64,000 bases of DNA from an uncultured bacterium (GTDB lineage Bacteria > Patescibacteriota > Minisyncoccia > UBA6257 > 2-01-FULL-56-20), in contig CAVVHF010000018.1 of the NCBI GenBank assembly GCA_963747905.1, forward strand, positions 1,135 through 65,134, given 5' to 3'. Of this stretch, positions 9,925-17,519 are shown piece after piece; position 1 is the first letter of the stretch; every line of letters begins with the position of its first letter. The notes beneath the pieces are model-generated. The model did no database searches. It was not told the DNA's origin and saw only the letters and a program-made list of their open reading frames with translations. The position numbers and the translations under genes are program-made.

Positions 9925-11409
9925 CTATCGCGGCGGCAGCGGGATGCCGTGAAAGGTCATCCATGCAGCCCCAAGCGAGGCCGGCAAAATAATCACGAGG
10001 AGGCAGACCGCGTAGGCCACTGCCAGCTTTACAAAACTTTCTTCCCGCGAATCCGTCTCCTTGCCTTTGACTGCCAGGCCAAGGCAGAAAAACGTCATCG
10101 CGAAGAACAGCAGGCGAAGCCCATTTGCTTCCAGCGCCACGACTTTTGCCGCGCGGAAGAATTGGGGCGAATGTAGCGAGAAAAACAACACCGTCCCGAA
10201 TGTGAGAACACACCCGAAAAGGAATTTGGGGAAGCGTACCCATATCTCGCCCACCCCGATCGTTTTGTCGGATGTTGCGTCAGATCGAAGTCGAAGTGCC
10301 CAGATGCCCGCGAGAAGTACAGCGAAGATCCCGATGAAGAGATCTATCTCCAACTTCATCGCGGTGGTGGTCATGAGAATCCACCCTGCCTGATAGCCCG
10401 CGCCCGTAACGGCAACAGCCTTTGCTTGGATCGCCGCCTCGGTTATCGTACCCGCTGCTACCGCCGCTCCGTCGGTCTTTACCGACATCGCCATGAAGCT
10501 TCCGGCGACCAGCGGCTCCTTGTACAAGAACTCACCGGCAACCATGGGAAGAACCACGACCTCGAGGACGGAGAAGCAAACCACGAGCGACGATACCATT
10601 GCAATGACCGCAGGACGGGCTTTGACCGCTGCGCCGATCGCGATCGCGGCAGCGACGCCGCAGATCGAGATCGCCGTCGCGAACACTGCGGCGTCCTCAG
10701 GACTCAAGTGAAAGACCTTGAGCATGACAACAAATACCAATATCCAATCGATCAAGTACACGACGACGACCGCAACGAATCCCCGAAACACGATGGTCCT
10801 TGCAAGATCCAGTTGCGTAGCGTTGTTCGTACCCGCGACCTGCACGGCAAGATAGGCGCCCAATAGGATGAGCCCGATCTTGATGTACAGATCCGCCTGA
10901 AAAGCCTGCAACGGCTTTTCTGTGGTCGCAGAAAAGAATCTGCGATTCCTGAAAGCGAGCCCGGCCAAAAGAAGCAAGACAAGCCCCGCCTCGCTGGTAA
11001 GCCCGAGAGACCATCCGATACCGAAGTCTTTCCGTCGATCGGCAGTGGCAGCGATGTAGCCGAAGCTGCCGATGAATAGCCCCGCCAAGCTGATCCAAAA
11101 AATCGCCGTGAACTCCGCGGCAAATCGCTTGAGGTCATATTTCAACAGCTTCGCGCCAGCCACCATGACGGCCAGCAAGAAGAGATACGTGCAGACCGCC
11201 GAGAGAAAACCCGGCATCCACACATAGCTCTTTGATATCGGAGCGAGCGACTTGGCCACATTTGTCCAAACGCTTACCCCAACTCCCCATCCAAGCGCAT
11301 CTCGGCCCGCGAGAGCGCCCACTAACGCCACGAAGAAAAGGAAAAGGCCCATTCCGAGAGCCATCCAATCCTCCTTAACGCCCGTCGCCAAACTTCTCCA
11401 TCTGTTCAT
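9925..11409 (-). CDS. polytopic inner-membrane protein of unknown function (at least 10 TM segments)
   Basis: 494-aa highly hydrophobic ORF; no catalytic motif recognised; the start may be M16 at 11364. Confidence 0.5.
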   Translation of the reverse strand: MNRWRSLATGVKEDWMALGMGLFLFFVALVGALAGRDALGWGVGVSVWTNVAKSLAPISKSYVWMPGFLSAVCTYLFLLAVMVAGAKLLKYDLKRFAAEFTAIFWISLAGLFIGSFGYIAATADRRKDFGIGWSLGLTSEAGLVLLLLAGLAFRNRRFFSATTEKPLQAFQADLYIKIGLILLGAYLAVQVAGTNNATQLDLARTIVFRGFVAVVVVYLIDWILVFVVMLKVFHLSPEDAAVFATAISICGVAAAIAIGAAVKARPAVIAMVSSLVVCFSVLEVVVLPMVAGEFLYKEPLVAGSFMAMSVKTDGAAVAAGTITEAAIQAKAVAVTGAGYQAGWILMTTTAMKLEIDLFIGIFAVLLAGIWALRLRSDATSDKTIGVGEIWVRFPKFLFGCVLTFGTVLFFSLHSPQFFRAAKVVALEANGLRLLFFAMTFFCLGLAVKGKETDSREESFVKLAVAYAVCLLVIILPASLGAAWMTFHGIPLPPR

Positions 11410-11474
11410 ACGTCCTCCCTTATAAAGACAAGGTTCTAAGCGGATGGTATCACCTATACTAATTGATGTAAATC

Positions 11475-11510
11475 AAAAAGCCCCTTCCAAAAAAAGAAGG
11501 GGCTTTTTGA
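11475..11510. terminator. bidirectional rho-independent terminator (8-bp stem GCCCCTTC/GAAGGGGC, A-run upstream, T-run downstream)
   Basis: aaaaagccccttccaaaaaaagaaggggcttttt read directly; it lies immediately 3' of the KH gene on the minus strand. Confidence 0.55.
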
Positions 11511-11511
11511 T

Positions 11512-11832
11512 TTAATTCTCCGTATGCTCTTCCTCCACCTGCGGCGGATGCTCCGTGCGAGGAGCGCGGGTGCTGCCTTCCGGCTCTTCGATTTTGAGGT
11601 TCACGCGGGCATTGTTCTTGACGCCGACGATCCTCAAGAGCGAACGGATGGCCTTCGCAGTCGCGCCCTGGCGACCGACGACCTGCCCCATGTCCTGCGC
11701 ATTCACGTGAAGCGAGAGCAATACTCCCATCTCGTCGACCTTACGGTCGACCTTCACATCATCCGGATGGTCCACAAGCGACTTTACCAAGTACTCGAGG
11801 AACTCCTGATCTGCTGAAGATGTATTCGTCAT
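11512..11832 (-). CDS. KH-domain RNA-binding protein (YlqC/KhpA-like), downstream of rpsP
   Basis: GxxG KH motif (VVGRQGATAKAIRSLL); conserved rpsP-KH synteny. Confidence 0.7.
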   Translation of the reverse strand: MTNTSSADQEFLEYLVKSLVDHPDDVKVDRKVDEMGVLLSLHVNAQDMGQVVGRQGATAKAIRSLLRIVGVKNNARVNLKIEEPEGSTRAPRTEHPPQVEEEHTEN

Positions 11833-11921
11833 TGATTTTCTGTATGTACTTTTCGTTCGATGATTCGAACCGTCGACCTTTCGTTATGTCGGAAGTGCTA
11901 TCAGTAAGGAATATCTGTCTG

Positions 11922-12296
11922 CTACGCGGCGGCTTCTGTCTCTGTAGTTACCTCATCAGCAGGCACTTCTGCAACGGCTACTTCTTTTGCCAGCGCGGCA
12001 ACTTTCACTTCCACCGGAGCCTTGGCAACAGCCTTCGGCATCTTGACCGCGATCTTAGCACCCGTGAGAGCGCCCTGTTTTATCAAAAGGTTATGCGCGG
12101 TGACGGTCGGCTGGGCGCCCATCTTGACCCAATGTAAAACGCGTTCCTTTTTGACGGTCGTCGCCTTGCTGCGCGGATCGTACGCGCCCAAATCCTCCAC
12201 CGGCGGAGCCGCCATCTTTGAACGTTTTTCTGCAACCACTATCCGATAGCTCGGCTGGTGCTTCTTTCCGATGCGTTGTAATTTAATGACCAACAT
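11922..12296 (-). CDS. rpsP: 30S ribosomal protein S16
   Basis: MLVIKLQRIGKKHQPSYRIVV matches the S16 N-terminus; a C-terminal Ala/Lys-rich extension follows; the start is chosen at the ATG preceded by a promoter. Confidence 0.9.
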   Translation of the reverse strand: MLVIKLQRIGKKHQPSYRIVVAEKRSKMAAPPVEDLGAYDPRSKATTVKKERVLHWVKMGAQPTVTAHNLLIKQGALTGAKIAVKMPKAVAKAPVEVKVAALAKEVAVAEVPADEVTTETEAAA

Positions 12297-12303
12297 GCAG
12301 TCC

Positions 12304-12331
12304 ATTATACTACGATGACGCCGAAGGTCAA
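12304..12331 (-). promoter_or_regulatory. sigma70-like promoter of rpsP (TTGACC-N16-TATAAT); the -10 ends 7 nt before the ATG, implying a leaderless or near-leaderless mRNA
   Basis: Hexamers read on the minus strand, with the ATG 7 nt downstream of the -10. Confidence 0.45.
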
Positions 12332-12372
12332 GCAAATGTACAGTTAACACCAGGAGGTAACTCTTGCGGCGG

Positions 12373-13280
12373 CAAGGGGTGACGGTGTTCACTGGAACTA
12401 TGAACAACCAACCAACACCGTACGGCAAAGAGCTCCGTCTCCGGTGGTACCGTCTTGTCGAACGGGATCATCGGATGGTCGGAGATGTTTGCCAAACTTT
12501 CGGTATTCCCAAGAAGACATATTACAAATGGTACGCGCGGGATCACGGTTACGGATCAAACGATCACCGGAGCCGGAAGCCCGACGCCAAGACCAAGCTC
12601 GTACCGGATCTCGTCATGTGGATTGTGGAACGGAAGAAGAAAACAAATTACGGGCCACTCAAGATGAAGCTCGAGATCGGGAGAGTCTTCGGACTTACGG
12701 TTTCAACGACGATCCTCTTTCGCCTCTATCGGCGCAAAGGGCTCATTCGAAAGCCCCAGCGAAAGCTCGGCTGGCATGCGCCGCTCAAGGAACCGCTCGT
12801 GATCAGAAAGCCAGGAGAAGGGGTGCAGCTTGATGTGAAATATGTGTATGAAGGAGGCACCCGCCATTACCAGTTCTCGGTCTTCGATCCATGGACGGAG
12901 CTGTATTACTTTCATGTGTTCAAGACGAGAGAAAGCAGGAATGCGGCGGCGGCGATCGAGGAAGCTGAACGATACTTCGGCTTTCCCATTATCTCCGTTC
13001 AGACCGACAACGGGAGCGAGTTCCGCGGCGACTTCCACGCATGGTGCGAAAAGCGCGGTCTTCCGCATTTCTTCATCCCCAAGAGTTCGCCCTGGTGGGA
13101 CGGCAAGGTGGAACGGGTCCATCGCACGATTGATGACGAGTATTATCAGAATCCGTTGCGGCCGTGGCACACGAGGGAGGAATGGCTCACTTACTACAAT
13201 ACCGAACGCATCCATCTCTCGATTGGAGGCATCACGCCGCGAGAAAAGGCCGATCAATATTTATCCACCGTCACCCCTTG
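12373..13280 (+). mobile_element. IS481-family insertion sequence (about 908 bp) bounded by perfect 15-bp terminal inverted repeats CAAGGGGTGACGGTG
   Basis: 15-bp perfect inverted repeats at 12373-12387 and 13266-13280 enclose a single DDE transposase ORF; no target-site duplication is seen. Confidence 0.6.
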
Positions 13281-13281
13281 A
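12400..13281 (+). CDS. IS481-family DDE transposase (N-terminal HTH plus rve integrase core)
   Basis: D(VQLDVKYV)...D(VQTDNGSEF)...E(GKVERVHRT) catalytic triad spacing; N-terminal HTH GIPKKTYYKWY; the architecture matches IS481 Tnp. Confidence 0.8.
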   Translation: MNNQPTPYGKELRLRWYRLVERDHRMVGDVCQTFGIPKKTYYKWYARDHGYGSNDHRSRKPDAKTKLVPDLVMWIVERKKKTNYGPLKMKLEIGRVFGLTVSTTILFRLYRRKGLIRKPQRKLGWHAPLKEPLVIRKPGEGVQLDVKYVYEGGTRHYQFSVFDPWTELYYFHVFKTRESRNAAAAIEEAERYFGFPIISVQTDNGSEFRGDFHAWCEKRGLPHFFIPKSSPWWDGKVERVHRTIDDEYYQNPLRPWHTREEWLTYYNTERIHLSIGGITPREKADQYLSTVTP

Positions 13282-13290
13282 TGTTCACAG

Positions 13291-13370
13291 CAAACAAAAA
13301 ATAGCCCCTCTCTTTTTTGACCGTTATGTCTGCGCACTAGGTCAAAAAAGAGAGGGGCTGTTTTTTGTTT
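13291..13370. terminator. bidirectional rho-independent terminator: perfect 20-bp stem (AGCCCCTCTCTTTTTTGACC) with a 17-nt loop, A-run before and T-run after
   Basis: Read directly from the sequence; serves the transposase on the plus strand and the 13369..14052 gene on the minus strand. Confidence 0.55.
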
Positions 13371-14052
13371 AATGCGTCTCCGTCCTATCTTTCAACTTGT
13401 TCAATAAGTGCGCTGCATAGTCCTTGCCGCCAAGACCGAAGGCCAAGCCGCCGGCGAGCGCGAACATCGCAATGAATCCAGTCACGATCGTCTGGATGAT
13501 CGTCGCCGCAATATTCAGCTGCGTGAGCGCGGTCAACAATCCGAACACGGCAATCGTCCAATACGTGACCGTGCCGAGGAACGGTCCCGAGTGCAGCTTC
13601 GCACTCATCACCGAGGCCGTCACGAGCCTGCGCAGGAAATGCGCGAGCACGAGCGCCGCGAGCATGATGAGCACCGCTGCGATCACGTTCGGCAGATAAT
13701 TCAGGATCGCCGTCAGAAATTCCGACAACGCATACAACTGCAAACTATCCGCGATTGCCACGAAGAACGCAACGATGATGAACCAATATACGAGCTTGCC
13801 GAAAAAGTATGCCGCGCGCAACTTGAGCCCGGCGCGCTCGAAGATCGGCTTCAACCCGATCTTCTCAAGGAATACATCAAGACGGATCCCTTCGAGGATC
13901 TTCTCCACAAGTGCGCCTAACCCCGCCGCCACAATCAAGCCGATGATCAGCACCACGAGTGCACCGACGATATTCGGCAAGTAATTGATAACTCCCCACC
14001 AAAGGTTTTGGAGTGAACCTACCACCACATCCGTCCAACTTTGTACAACCAT
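13369..14052 (-). CDS. membrane protein with a duplicated conserved-TM-helix repeat (MscS-associated TM_helix-like)
   Basis: Internal repeat YLPNIVGALVVLIIG / YLPNVIAAVLIMLAA; 6 predicted TM segments. Confidence 0.45.
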   Translation of the reverse strand: MVVQSWTDVVVGSLQNLWWGVINYLPNIVGALVVLIIGLIVAAGLGALVEKILEGIRLDVFLEKIGLKPIFERAGLKLRAAYFFGKLVYWFIIVAFFVAIADSLQLYALSEFLTAILNYLPNVIAAVLIMLAALVLAHFLRRLVTASVMSAKLHSGPFLGTVTYWTIAVFGLLTALTQLNIAATIIQTIVTGFIAMFALAGGLAFGLGGKDYAAHLLNKLKDRTETH

Positions 14053-14155
14053 AATAATTGATTAAATAACGATTAATATATAAGCTTTTTTTGCTTCTCC
14101 TTCTCTCGACCTTTTAGCTATTACTTTTATTATAGCAAAGTGGGGTGAGCACAAC

Positions 14156-14183
14156 TTGAAATTCCACGCCGTTTCTCTATAAT
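14156..14183 (+). promoter_or_regulatory. sigma70-like promoter (TTGAAA-N16-TATAAT) 13 nt upstream of tRNA-Ala
   Basis: Hexamers read directly from the sequence. Confidence 0.4.
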
Positions 14184-14196
14184 CAGTGAGCAAAGA

Positions 14197-14267
14197 GGGC
14201 CCATAGTAAAGTGGTATTACGCGGCATTCGCATTGCTGAGGCGGGAGTCCGATTCTCCCTGGGTCCA
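14197..14267 (+). tRNA. tRNA-Ala (anticodon CGC), atypical: 7-nt D-loop, 4-nt variable loop, T-loop TCCGATT, no encoded CCA
   Basis: Hand-folded cloverleaf: 7-bp acceptor with G3:U70 (the alanine identity pair), D-stem GTAA/TTAC, anticodon stem CGGCA/TGCTG, loop TTCGCAT, T-stem GGGAG/CTCCC, discriminator A. Confidence 0.5.
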
Positions 14268-14478
14268 CACCATCATTTTTTGCGTTTCGGCGCATTTCAA
14301 CACGGCCCATGGAAAATGGGTTTATGTACCGTCATTGTCCATAATACTGCTGGCATAATGCTTCGCTAGATGGCACCAATTGCTGCTTTAGGCAACATTT
14401 TGAGTGTTACCCGTACTTTGCCGGGATAGTGCCTCCGACCTTTGACTTCCTTTTATAGCAGAGTAGGATTCAAGACAA

Positions 14479-14988
14479 ATGAACGCAATTGCAATAAACG
14501 GGTCACTGACATTACTTGGTTGGCTCAATCTAAATCAGGACCTAGCACAATGGATGACCGTCGTGATTTTGATAATCACTGCTTATCTTGCATATCGGAT
14601 TGGAATAAAACAAAATTCAATAAACGAGTTGATTGAGAAAATTGAGGATTCAGCAGAAGTCTTTGCGTACGCAGCAAAGGGCAATAATCCCAATTTAACT
14701 ATCTGGGTTCTATTGGTAACAAACGTCGGGAAGGTGCAAATGTATATGAAGCGGTATACTGTCGAAACTCTTACCCCGATGGACGTCAACAACGCCCTGA
14801 TTCCTGCTGGACAACAGCAAAACGCATGGTATCAAATAGTATTACCGCCAATGGCTGTTAATACTATTTGTAATATTTCCCTCGAATTAGAAGATCACGT
14901 TGGGAGAATGTGGGAATCAAGCATTGATGCCACATTTTTTGGTAGTGGATGGACGACAAACGTTCATAAAATTGAGCAGGTTATATAA
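14479..14988 (+). CDS. hypothetical protein with one TM segment (first gene of the low-GC islet)
   Basis: 169-aa ORF in an AT-richer region; no motif recognised. Confidence 0.4.
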   Translation: MNAIAINGSLTLLGWLNLNQDLAQWMTVVILIITAYLAYRIGIKQNSINELIEKIEDSAEVFAYAAKGNNPNLTIWVLLVTNVGKVQMYMKRYTVETLTPMDVNNALIPAGQQQNAWYQIVLPPMAVNTICNISLELEDHVGRMWESSIDATFFGSGWTTNVHKIEQVI

Positions 14989-15071
14989 GTTAACTCGTCG
15001 CCGAAGGAGAACAGAATCAAGTTGAGAGTTTTTTCCTCAGCCTCGGAGTCGTTTTCAACGATCTAAAAGGC

Positions 15072-15713
15072 TTGATTCTTTTTGATACGATGCTAACGGA
15101 TGACTATGACCCATTGAAGCTCGGCGAGGTAACCGACCACTCTGGCAATTTTGCTGGCGTCCGGGTACAAATTCAAAAACTAATCGCAAGCACCGTAAAC
15201 GAATTCTTTCGACTACTCGACAGCCAATATGGCATCCTTGCCAATCCCGAATTTAACGAGTTATTGGTTCGTCTGGCAAAATCGGATAAGGAACTTTGGG
15301 AGGAACTTTTTGCTGCGACACATGGGGAACATCCAAGCGCAAATGCACTCTTGAAAACACTTTTGTATATCCGCAACAACGTTGCTTTTCACTATGACCA
15401 ATCAGGGAAGGCTCTGACAAAAGCCTACGTCAGCAAATTCTTCGGCAAAGCAGACGATGCAACCAGAGACTCCGCCTATTACTCAATAGGTAACGACATG
15501 GGAGAAACCAGATTCTATTTTTCTGATGCTGCGGTTGAGGAAGCTCTCTATTTGGGAGCAGAGAAAACTTTCAAGGAAAAAAGCGTTGGAGACCCTTCTT
15601 TCGAGAAATATCAAGCGGAAGTAAGAGAAACTGTCGGGAAGATGAACGGTGCTATTACATCGCTTATGAAAAAATATATACAGTCACGTCGGAGTCGTCG
15701 CTCGTCTGCTTAG
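15072..15713 (+). CDS. hypothetical soluble protein with an R-x5-H motif (RNNVAFH), a possible HEPN-like nuclease (speculative)
   Basis: 213-aa ORF in the low-GC islet; only the short motif supports the HEPN idea. Confidence 0.45.
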   Translation: MILFDTMLTDDYDPLKLGEVTDHSGNFAGVRVQIQKLIASTVNEFFRLLDSQYGILANPEFNELLVRLAKSDKELWEELFAATHGEHPSANALLKTLLYIRNNVAFHYDQSGKALTKAYVSKFFGKADDATRDSAYYSIGNDMGETRFYFSDAAVEEALYLGAEKTFKEKSVGDPSFEKYQAEVRETVGKMNGAITSLMKKYIQSRRSRRSSA

Positions 15714-16339
15714 TCTCCAATCAAACAAAAATCGAGTTGCTCTCTAGGAATACCGATGGAGAGGCCATATTTGATTGCCGGTTGCCACGACGCTTTATCG
15801 TCGTAGTTGAATCGGAATTGTTTGTCCTTAAAAAGTGCCACTACGTCTCGATCTCTCCAGAAGTGGGCATACCATCGGTTGTCCTTTATTTCTTTGGTAA
15901 TCTTCCTAAAATCCCCTTCATCCACCATGACGGTATGGAGATGCCATGGATCGTCGTCATCAGTCACTTCGGTTTTTAGCACCTGGAACGATTTCAGGAT
16001 TTCCGGATGGATGAGACTTTCCTCGACGATATTTCCCTTATACATTTTTTCTTTTGCGAAGAACAGGATGATGATCTCGATAAGTGTTGGGCATCCTAAG
16101 ACAAAGAGTGTAGCTATCGTCCAAGTATATGCGAGTATTAGCTGAACCAAATCCGGAAGATATGTTAGTGTCGCGAGAACGACACCGAGGATGGGAATGA
16201 CGAACACGCCGAGGCAGACCAACAACCATTCCCCTATCATTGTAAGAGATCGATCATTAAGCTTATTTTTTCTAAGCTGGTAGAGAATGTAAACGAACAA
16301 ATAGAGCCCGACAAGCACACTAAGTTGCACCGAGAGCAT
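15710..16339 (-). CDS. hypothetical membrane protein (N-terminal 4 TM segments plus an acidic C-terminal soluble domain)
   Basis: 209-aa ORF, convergent with the previous gene and overlapping it by 4 nt. Confidence 0.45.
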   Translation of the reverse strand: MLSVQLSVLVGLYLFVYILYQLRKNKLNDRSLTMIGEWLLVCLGVFVIPILGVVLATLTYLPDLVQLILAYTWTIATLFVLGCPTLIEIIILFFAKEKMYKGNIVEESLIHPEILKSFQVLKTEVTDDDDPWHLHTVMVDEGDFRKITKEIKDNRWYAHFWRDRDVVALFKDKQFRFNYDDKASWQPAIKYGLSIGIPREQLDFCLIGD

Positions 16340-16641
16340 GAGGGACTGCGCGTTAGTATGATTTGTGTGATGACGCCGAGGTTATAGAAAAGCACGGGGA
16401 AAAATAGCGAGATCGTGATTAGCAGCTGGAACCGACTCTCAATATCCTCCTTCATGCCCATAAGAATAGGACGTTTCGGAGATTTGTCCACCCAAATGGC
16501 TATTGCCGCCCACGACAACTCCGCCGATACCTTGTCAAACTGTCGACTTAGTTGTATGGTGCATTGGCTTACCGCTAATACTGGAAAGCCTTATCTCGTG
16601 CTAACCCCACGAATATGCACCTTCACAACAGGAGAAACACC

Positions 16642-17136
16642 ATGTCTGCTAACACCAGATCGTTCGAAACACGTCCAGCAAGGGCCTACAGCGAAACGCG
16701 GGCACGGCTCGCCATCCTCAGTGTAACGGCAGTCGAATTAATTCACAGCGGTGCCCGATCCCCAAACATGATCGAGGAACTGCTCTTTTCCCTGCAGCTC
16801 TTCAAGGAGGACCGGCTGAGCTCGGTTCATCCCATTGCACCAGTTGGCAAGGTGGAGCGGGATAGCTTACGGCGTGGATTGAAGGAGCAAATTGCCCAGG
16901 AAGGCGAGGATGTCGTCTATCAAGCATTTCTGAACGAGCTCCCACTGCGCATTCAGACAATCCTATGCGGGTTGGGGATCCGAACCTTTCATGAACTCCT
17001 TCGGAGCAACAGATTCAAAATCACTTCGGCACGAGGCTCGGGGCGTAAATGCGCCGAGATGCTTGAAGAGGTCATGGCACGATACGGCCTCAGCTTCACG
17101 TTGAACGAGGAACAGATCGCGGGGCTCTTCTCCTAA
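16642..17136 (+). CDS. standalone protein with a C-terminal RNA-polymerase alpha-subunit CTD-like helix-hairpin-helix domain
   Basis: LNELPLRIQTILCGLGIRTFHELLRSNRFKITSARGSGRKCAEMLEEVMARYGLSF aligns by eye to the RpoA alpha-CTD ([11 protein letters not shown]...[19 protein letters not shown]). Confidence 0.45.
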   Translation: MSANTRSFETRPARAYSETRARLAILSVTAVELIHSGARSPNMIEELLFSLQLFKEDRLSSVHPIAPVGKVERDSLRRGLKEQIAQEGEDVVYQAFLNELPLRIQTILCGLGIRTFHELLRSNRFKITSARGSGRKCAEMLEEVMARYGLSFTLNEEQIAGLFS

Positions 17137-17152
17137 GCGCCGCACAACAACA

Positions 17153-17185
17153 GACGGCCACTCTCATGGGTGGCCGCTTTATATT
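17153..17185 (+). terminator. rho-independent terminator (stem CGGCCAC/GTGGCCG followed by a U-rich tract)
   Basis: Read directly, 17 nt after the stop of the alpha-CTD-like gene. Confidence 0.5.
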
Positions 17186-17256
17186 TCTGTTGTCAAGAAC
17201 GACAACTCCGCCCGTCTTTTCAGGCGGGATCAAAGGCTTAGAATAAGCGCGGGGCG

Positions 17257-17475
17257 CTATTCTGACTTATTCTCTTTCTCTTTCCGGAGACTCTCCCTCG
17301 CAACCTCTCCGGCGAGGATGAGGTACTGCTTGAGATTCCGAACGGCTATTTCAAGCTCCTCTTCGCTGAAATTGGGAGAGAGTGTCCTAAGATATTCCCG
17401 AAGTTTTTCGTCCGGGTCTTTTTTGGCATCCATTGTATTTTGTGGTCCGACAAGTCCGCCGATATATACCACCAC
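17257..17475 (-). CDS. hypothetical small acidic protein
   Basis: 72-aa ORF with no motif; last ORF of the low-GC islet. Confidence 0.3.
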   Translation of the reverse strand: MVVYIGGLVGPQNTMDAKKDPDEKLREYLRTLSPNFSEEELEIAVRNLKQYLILAGEVARESLRKEKENKSE

Positions 17476-17519
17476 AAATCACACTCGGTTTTGTTGAGTG
17501 AAATTTTCTGAACCCATCT

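Noticed and set aside
12360-13290. Target-site duplication flanking the IS481-family element
   Set aside because: Flanks (CGGCGG | ... | ATGTTC) show no direct repeat; the element may be old, or the duplication was lost.
14062-14310. 82-aa minus-strand ORF
   Set aside because: It overlaps the tRNA-Ala gene and its promoter; the tRNA interpretation is far better supported.
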